Assembly (NCBI GenBank): GCA_963695225.1
Contig: OY968762.1
Span: 576,001-640,000 of the forward strand
From: Vulcanimicrobiota bacterium
GTDB lineage: Bacteria > Vulcanimicrobiota > Vulcanimicrobiia > Vulcanimicrobiales > Vulcanimicrobiaceae
Length of the DNA: 64,000 nucleotides
Direction of reading: 5' to 3'
Shown in pieces: positions 58,584-64,000 of the stretch; position 1 is the first letter of the stretch; each line of letters opens with the position of its first letter. The translations under genes and the position numbers were made by a program. The notes under the pieces were generated by a model. That model was not told where the DNA came from. It did no database searches and worked only from the letters and a program-made list of their open reading frames with translations.

Positions 58584-60292
58584 TGCTGACGCGGCGCGAT
58601 TTCGTGCAGGTCGCCGCAGCGACGGCGGCCATTACCGGGGCGGCCGGCGGCTTCGCACGCGCCGCCGCCCGTCAAGCGATCTCGCAAGAGGAACTGCTCC
58701 GCTTCGAGCCGCTCGGCCAGGTCACGCTCCTGCACTTCACCGACATTCACGCCCAGCTCGTTCCGCTCTACTATCGCGAGCCGTCCGTCAACATCGGCGT
58801 CGGGGAGGACGCCGGCGCACTTCCCCACCTCACGGGGGCCCGGCTGCTCGAAGCGTTCGGCTTAAAAGCGGGCAGCGCGGAGGCGTACGCTTTTTCGTCG
58901 CAGGACTTCGTCTCGCTCGCACGCGGGTACGGACGAGTCGGCGGGCTCGATCGTATCGCGACGCTCGTCAAGGCGATTCGCGCGGAACGCCCCGGGCAGA
59001 CCCTGCTGCTCGACGGCGGCGATACGTGGCAAGGATCCTTCACTTCGCTCCAAGAGCGAGGTGAAGATATGGTCGCGGCGATGAACTCGCTCGGCGTCGA
59101 TGCGATGACGGCGCACTGGGAGTTCACCTACGGAGCCGACCGCGTCAAAGAACTGAAGGCGAAACTTGCTTTTCCGTTCCTCTGCGGGAACGTGAAGGAC
59201 GCGACCTGGGGTGAGTACGTCTTCGAAAGCACGAAGAAATTCGAACGGGGCGGCTTGCACATCGCCGTCATCGGTCAGGCATTCCCGTATACGCCGATCG
59301 CGAACCCGCGTTGGTTGATGCCGGATTGGTCCTTCGGGATCGAGGAGGACCGCGTCCGCAAAGAAGTCGACGCGGCCCGGGCGGACGGCGCGGATCTCGT
59401 CGTCCTGCTGAGTCATAACGGCTTCGACGTCGATCGTAAACTCGCGCAGCGCGTCGCCGGGATCGACGTCATCCTCACGGGACACACGCACGATGCGATT
59501 CCGGCACCGGTGCTCGTAGGGAACACGATCCTCATCGCATCCGGCTCGCACGGCAAGTTTCTCTCGCGCCTCGACCTCGACGTGAAGGGCGGCCGGGTCG
59601 TCGGCCATCGCTTTCGCTTGATACCCGTCCTAAGCGATGCGATCGCGCCGGATCCCGAGACCGCGGCGTTGGTGGCCTCGATCCGTAAGCCGTACAAAGC
59701 GCAACTCGATCGCGTGCTCGGAACGACCGACACGCTGCTCTATCGGCGCGGAAATTTCAACGGCACGTTCGACGATTTGATTTGCGATGCGCTGCTGGCG
59801 GAGCGCGACGCGGAAATCGCTCTCTCGCCGGGATTCCGCTGGGGCGCGACCCTCCTGCCGGGGCAGGAGATCAGGCTCGAGGACGTCTTCTCGCAGACCG
59901 CGATCACGTATCCCGCCGCCTACCGGGTGCCGATGACGGGGGCGATGCTGCGGACCGCGCTTGAAGATATCGCCGACAATCTTTTCAACCCGGACCCGTA
60001 CTATCAGCAGGGCGGCGACATGGTTCGGGTCGGCGGTCTATCGTACGCGATCGACGTTCGGCGGCCGGCTGGCCGGCGCATCTCCGAGATGACGCTCTTG
60101 CGCACCGGTAAGCCGATCGACCCTGCAAAGTCTTACATGGTCACCGGTTGGGCTTCGGTCAATGCAGGCACCGAGGGACCGCCGGTCTACGACGTCGTCC
60201 GCCGTTACATCGAGCGCAAGAAAGTCATCGCCCTTCCGCATCGCCAGTTGGCACGCGTCGTCGGCGCCGATCCCCGCGGCATCGCTCCTTAG
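58583..60292 (+). CDS. soxB: Thiosulfohydrolase SoxB
   Basis: TRRDF Tat motif, TDIHAQL.P.Y.REPS.N, DGGDTWQG, HWEFT, LYRRGNF, QQGGDMVR. Confidence 0.95.
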   Translation: MLTRRDFVQVAAATAAITGAAGGFARAAARQAISQEELLRFEPLGQVTLLHFTDIHAQLVPLYYREPSVNIGVGEDAGALPHLTGARLLEAFGLKAGSAEAYAFSSQDFVSLARGYGRVGGLDRIATLVKAIRAERPGQTLLLDGGDTWQGSFTSLQERGEDMVAAMNSLGVDAMTAHWEFTYGADRVKELKAKLAFPFLCGNVKDATWGEYVFESTKKFERGGLHIAVIGQAFPYTPIANPRWLMPDWSFGIEEDRVRKEVDAARADGADLVVLLSHNGFDVDRKLAQRVAGIDVILTGHTHDAIPAPVLVGNTILIASGSHGKFLSRLDLDVKGGRVVGHRFRLIPVLSDAIAPDPETAALVASIRKPYKAQLDRVLGTTDTLLYRRGNFNGTFDDLICDALLAERDAEIALSPGFRWGATLLPGQEIRLEDVFSQTAITYPAAYRVPMTGAMLRTALEDIADNLFNPDPYYQQGGDMVRVGGLSYAIDVRRPAGRRISEMTLLRTGKPIDPAKSYMVTGWASVNAGTEGPPVYDVVRRYIERKKVIALPHRQLARVVGADPRGIAP

Positions 60293-60330
60293 CCGTTTGC
60301 ACACCCGCCCTGCACACGTGGAGAACTGAC

Positions 60331-61641
60331 ATGACACGGACTCCGGACGATCCAGAGACGCCCCCCGTCGAAGAAGGCGAGCGCATCGGCCGGCGCCGCT
60401 TTCTGCGCCGTGGCGCGACGCTCGCGAGCGGCATCGCGCTGGGCGCAAGCCTCAAGCCCGACGCCGCCGCAGCCGCCGACGGCTCCAATCTTCCGCCGAA
60501 CGTTCCGGAATGGATGAAAACGATCGGCGCCGGCGTCGATGACCCCCCCTACGGCGTGCCCTCGGCGTTCGAGAAGGACGTCGTGCGGCGCAACGTCTCG
60601 TGGTTGACCGCTACGACGCAGTCGTCCATCAGCTTCACGCCGTTGCAGGATCTCGACGGCATCATCACGCCGAACGGTTTGTGCTTCACGCGGCACCACG
60701 GCGGCGCTCCGACGATCGACCCCGCGCAACATCGTCTGATGCTCCACGGCCTCGTCGAACGGCCGCTCTTGCTGACCGTCGAGGACGTGATGCGCTTCCC
60801 CTCGCAGAGCCGCATCCATTTCCTCGAATGCCCCGCGAACGGCGGCATGGAGTGGAAAGGCGCGCAGATGCAGGGCGTGCAGTTCACGCACGGCATGGTG
60901 CATTGCTGCGAGTGGACCGGCGTGAAGCTCTCCGTCATCCTCGACGAGATCGGCGTCAAACCCGAAGCGAAATGGATTCTGGCGGAAGGTGCGGACGCGG
61001 CGGCGATGACGCGCAGCATCCCGATCGAGAAGGCGCGCGACGACGTGATGATCGCATGGTCGCAGAACGGCGAGCGGTTGCGTCCCGAGAACGGCTACCC
61101 GATCCGCCTCATCGTTCCGGGCTGGCAGGGAAACCTCAACGTGAAGTGGCTGCGCCGGCTGAAGTTCGGCGACAAGCCCTGGTTCACGCGCGAGGAAACG
61201 TCGAAGTACACGGACCTGATGCCCGACGGCAAGGCTCGCTACTTCGATTGGGTCCTCGAGACGAAGTCGGTCATCACCGCTCCCTGCCCCGAAAAGCCGC
61301 TCAAGGCCAAGGGCTTTCACGAGATCTCGGGACTCGCGTGGTCCGGGCGCGGGAAGATCGCGCGCGTCGACGTGTCCGTCGACGGCGGCAACAGCTGGAA
61401 GACCGCCGCCCTCGGCGAGCCGGTCCTCACGAAGTGTTTGACCCGTTTCCGCATCCCCTGGCACTGGGACGGGCATACGGCGTTCCTTCAGAGCCGAGCG
61501 ATCGACGAAACCGGGTACGTGCAGCCGACGATCCAGCAGCTCCGCGCCGTGCGCGGCGTGAACGCGGTCTACAACAGAAATGCGATTCAAACGTGGCGTA
61601 TCAATCCGAACGGAACGGTCGACAATGTCCAGATTGCGTAA
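60331..61641 (+). CDS. soxC: Sulfane dehydrogenase molybdoprotein SoxC
   Basis: GRRRFL Tat motif, TPLQDL.GIITPNG, RHHGG, FLECPANG, QNGE.LRPENGYP.R, SRAIDETG..QP. Confidence 0.93.
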   Translation: MTRTPDDPETPPVEEGERIGRRRFLRRGATLASGIALGASLKPDAAAAADGSNLPPNVPEWMKTIGAGVDDPPYGVPSAFEKDVVRRNVSWLTATTQSSISFTPLQDLDGIITPNGLCFTRHHGGAPTIDPAQHRLMLHGLVERPLLLTVEDVMRFPSQSRIHFLECPANGGMEWKGAQMQGVQFTHGMVHCCEWTGVKLSVILDEIGVKPEAKWILAEGADAAAMTRSIPIEKARDDVMIAWSQNGERLRPENGYPIRLIVPGWQGNLNVKWLRRLKFGDKPWFTREETSKYTDLMPDGKARYFDWVLETKSVITAPCPEKPLKAKGFHEISGLAWSGRGKIARVDVSVDGGNSWKTAALGEPVLTKCLTRFRIPWHWDGHTAFLQSRAIDETGYVQPTIQQLRAVRGVNAVYNRNAIQTWRINPNGTVDNVQIA

Positions 61642-62566
61642 GACGATCGTCGCTTTGGCTGTTGCGGCAACACTTTCATGTGCGGTCGCGGCCTCGGCGG
61701 ATCAGCGTTACGGCTTCGGCCGGCCGCCGACGCAGCAGGAAATCTCCGGCTGGAATATCGACGCGCGCGGTCCCGACGGCAAAGGCCTTCCCCCGGGAAG
61801 AGGTTCGGTTAAGCAAGGCGAGCAGCTTTTCGCCGACAAGTGCGCGTCCTGCCACGGTGATTTCGGAGAGGGCAACGGGCGTATGCCGGAACTCGTCGGC
61901 GGCCGTGGCTCGCTCGCCAAAGAGAATCCGATCAAAACCGTCGGCAGCTATTGGCCGTATGCGCCGACGCTCTTCGATTACATCCGTCGAGCGATGCCGT
62001 TCACCGCGCCGCAGTCGCTATCGAACGACGAGGTGTACGCGCTGACCGCGTACATTCTCAACCTCAATGGGATCGTTCCACAGGGAGCCGTCCTCGACGC
62101 AGGTTCGGTCGCGGCGATCAAGATGCCGAACCGGAACGGCTTCGTTCCGGATCCTCGGCCCGACGTGCACAACGTCGCGTGCATGGCGAACTGCAAGCCC
62201 GGAGCGGTGAGGATCACGAGCGATCTCGCACGGACGTTGCAAGTCACTCCGAACCAGCAGGCGGCGACCGTCGCCTCTAATGCCCAAAGTGTTCCGCCGC
62301 CGAAGGAAGTGCCCTTCGCCTCGGTGCAGCGGATCGTCGCGGTTCGGTGCACCGTCTGCCATGCGGTGAAGCCTACGCAGCCGGGGATCACCTCCGCGCC
62401 GGCAGGCGTGAAGCTCGATACGCCCGAGCGAATCCGAGCTGCGGCGGCTCGCATCAACGCACGCGCGGTCGCGACGCAAGGGATGCCGCTCGGGAACGTG
62501 ACCCACATGACCGAGGAAGAGCGCACGCTGCTCGGCGCATGGATCGCCGGCGGAGCGAAGCTATGA
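61625..62566 (+). CDS. soxD: Diheme cytochrome c SoxD
   Basis: GLPPGRGS, CASCHG, TVGSYWPYAPTLFDYIRRAMP, MPNRNGF, CMANC; second heme site CTVCH. Confidence 0.9.
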   Translation: MSRLRKTIVALAVAATLSCAVAASADQRYGFGRPPTQQEISGWNIDARGPDGKGLPPGRGSVKQGEQLFADKCASCHGDFGEGNGRMPELVGGRGSLAKENPIKTVGSYWPYAPTLFDYIRRAMPFTAPQSLSNDEVYALTAYILNLNGIVPQGAVLDAGSVAAIKMPNRNGFVPDPRPDVHNVACMANCKPGAVRITSDLARTLQVTPNQQAATVASNAQSVPPPKEVPFASVQRIVAVRCTVCHAVKPTQPGITSAPAGVKLDTPERIRAAAARINARAVATQGMPLGNVTHMTEEERTLLGAWIAGGAKL

Positions 62567-62575
62567 TTTGAAGAT

Positions 62576-62664
62576 GAGATCCGTAGCCGCCCCTAATTCT
62601 ATGGCAACGGATTTCGCCGGGTAGGCACCGAAAGGGAGCCGACCGTTCGACCCCCTCCCGGAGG
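62576..62664 (+). ncRNA. Candidate molybdenum-cofactor (Moco) riboswitch-like leader
   Basis: TCCG...CCTAA...TATGG hairpin, then CGGGTA-GGCACC-GAAA-GGGAGCC...CCTCCCG-GAGG abutting the LysR SD. Confidence 0.45.
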
Positions 62665-62670
62665 TTCACC

Positions 62671-63687
62671 GTGGTACAGCCCGGCTCTCAACCGCCCGAT
62701 GCTCGTCCTTCGCGGGGACGCTCTCGCGCCCGAACGGACCTTGCCGGCGGGCTGCAGTTGCAAGTCTTGAGAAGCTTCGTGCGCGTCGTCGAACTCGGCA
62801 GCATAACGCTCGCCGCGCGCTCGCTCTATCTCGCGCAGTCGGCGATTTCGATGCAACTCACCGGGCTCACCGCGCTGGTCGGATCGCCGCTGCTCGAGCG
62901 GCGCCAAGGGCGGCTCTTCCCAACGGATACGGGGCGCGTCGTCTACCGGGAAGCGCTCCGCGTTCTCGGCGCGGTCGTAGCACTCCAGGCAGCCGTCGAA
63001 CAGGAGCGCGAACCGGGGCGCGCCCCGCTCACGGTTTCTTGCAGCGACACGGTCTGCGACAACGTGATCGCTCGCATCGTCGCGGGCTTCCGCGAGCGGC
63101 ACGACGACGTCCGGCTGCGGGTCCTTCCCGGAACGATCGCCGAAGCCGTGGCTCGCCTGAAGGCGGGCGAGGCCGACGCGGCCCTGCTCGAAGGGCCGTT
63201 TTCGGAGCCCGCCGTCGAAACGCACGCCTTTCACAAGGATCGTCTCAAGCTCGTCGTTCCCGCCGGTCACCCGCTGGAGCAGTACAAGAGCGTGCCGTTC
63301 TGCCGGATCGTGCGCGAGCCGTTCGTGCTGCGCATGCCTCCGGCAGGAAGCCGCGCGTTGCTCCTCGAGCGCATCGGAGCAGAGCGACTCGCGAGTCTCG
63401 ACATCGTCCTCGAAGTCGCCAGCAGCGAAGCGATGCTTTCGTGCATCGAGGAGGGCGTCGGCGTCGGTTTTCTTTCGGATCGAACCGCAGCGCGCGCGCT
63501 CGCAGCCGGGACCGTTGCGATCATCGATATCGAGGATATCGATTTGACGCGGACCTTCTCCGTAGGCGTGCTCCGCACTCGCCCGATCTCGGACGCCACG
63601 CAGGCATTCGTCGCTTGGCTGATATCGGGGTACCAGTTGCCCTTCGCGCAGACTGCCGGAGGGAGCGGGCTCAGCCCTTCGGCGTAG
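62671..63687 (+). CDS. LysR-family transcriptional regulator
   Basis: LRSFVRVVELGSITLAARSLYLAQSAISMQL HTH plus substrate-binding domain; GGAGG SD. Confidence 0.9.
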   Translation: MVQPGSQPPDARPSRGRSRARTDLAGGLQLQVLRSFVRVVELGSITLAARSLYLAQSAISMQLTGLTALVGSPLLERRQGRLFPTDTGRVVYREALRVLGAVVALQAAVEQEREPGRAPLTVSCSDTVCDNVIARIVAGFRERHDDVRLRVLPGTIAEAVARLKAGEADAALLEGPFSEPAVETHAFHKDRLKLVVPAGHPLEQYKSVPFCRIVREPFVLRMPPAGSRALLLERIGAERLASLDIVLEVASSEAMLSCIEEGVGVGFLSDRTAARALAAGTVAIIDIEDIDLTRTFSVGVLRTRPISDATQAFVAWLISGYQLPFAQTAGGSGLSPSA

Positions 63688-63805
63688 CGACGGCCGTTGC
63701 ACGTGAGGGGCGCCGTTGTGAGGCTCGCAGGGCAGGGAGGCTCTTGTACTGCGATAAACGTCGCTATGAGATCCGCCGCGATTCTGGTCCGGAGGCGTGC
63801 AAGTC

Positions 63806-64000
63806 ATGAAGCGGAGCCTCTTTCTCGGTAGCGGAGCGGCCCTCGGATTGACCGCATCCGCGCTCTTGCCAGCCCGCGCACAAGGGATCGTCGAGCAACC
63901 GTTCGCGAACGGCAGCCGACCCCTCGCGGTCTTTCCGCAGAAGCGCGCGCTCATCCAACTCTCAGCGCGCCCGCCGTTGCTGGAAACCCCCTTTCACATC
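63806..64000 (+). CDS. sorA: SorA-like sulfite dehydrogenase molybdoprotein, N-terminal part (runs off window; absent from ORF track)
   Basis: MKRSLFLG signal, then PFANGSRPLAVFPQKRALIQLSARPPLLETPF, resembling the SorA N-terminus; GGAGG SD. Confidence 0.75.
   Translation, partial: MKRSLFLGSGAALGLTASALLPARAQGIVEQPFANGSRPLAVFPQKRALIQLSARPPLLETPFHI

Overview
High-GC bacterial chromosome segment. The gene mix (cdaA-cdaR-glmM with a c-di-AMP riboswitch, hopanoid cluster, class I PhaC, Pro/Ser-rich lipoprotein) suggests a Terrabacteria lineage such as Ca. Eremiobacterota, but this is inference only. Positions 1-50.5 kb are mostly core genes: ilvD-thrC-thrB, a GntR-glcD-glcF unit, tRNA-Gln, the hopanoid cluster (hpnH, hpnA, squalene synthase, shc, hpnB, hpnG), an NlpC/P60 gene under a c-di-AMP riboswitch, glmM-cdaR-cdaA, rsgA, rpsT, phaC, priA, aroCKB and a diguanylate cyclase. 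Two unusual loci sit in this part: a five-gene translationally coupled polysaccharide-synthase operon (GT-C-like protein, BcsB-like protein, MshEN-like GT2 synthase, REC-TPR regulator, NarX/PilJ-type kinase), and a single ~1376-codon gene fusing an APC permease to a GH35-like glycosidase. tRNA-Leu(CAA) at 50.5 kb carries a ~1.1 kb integrase-less islet between 25-bp direct repeats, holding a frameshifted HigB-like toxin and an intact antitoxin. Beyond it is a sulfur-oxidation region: sqr with a CsoR/CstR-type operator, DUF2892, a Fur-family regulator, soxS, fccB/soxF, a Rieske protein, soxZ-soxY-soxB-soxC-soxD (no soxAX in the window), a Moco-riboswitch-like leader, LysR, and the start of a SorA-like sulfite dehydrogenase. 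All family assignments come from motif recognition by eye; no searches were run.
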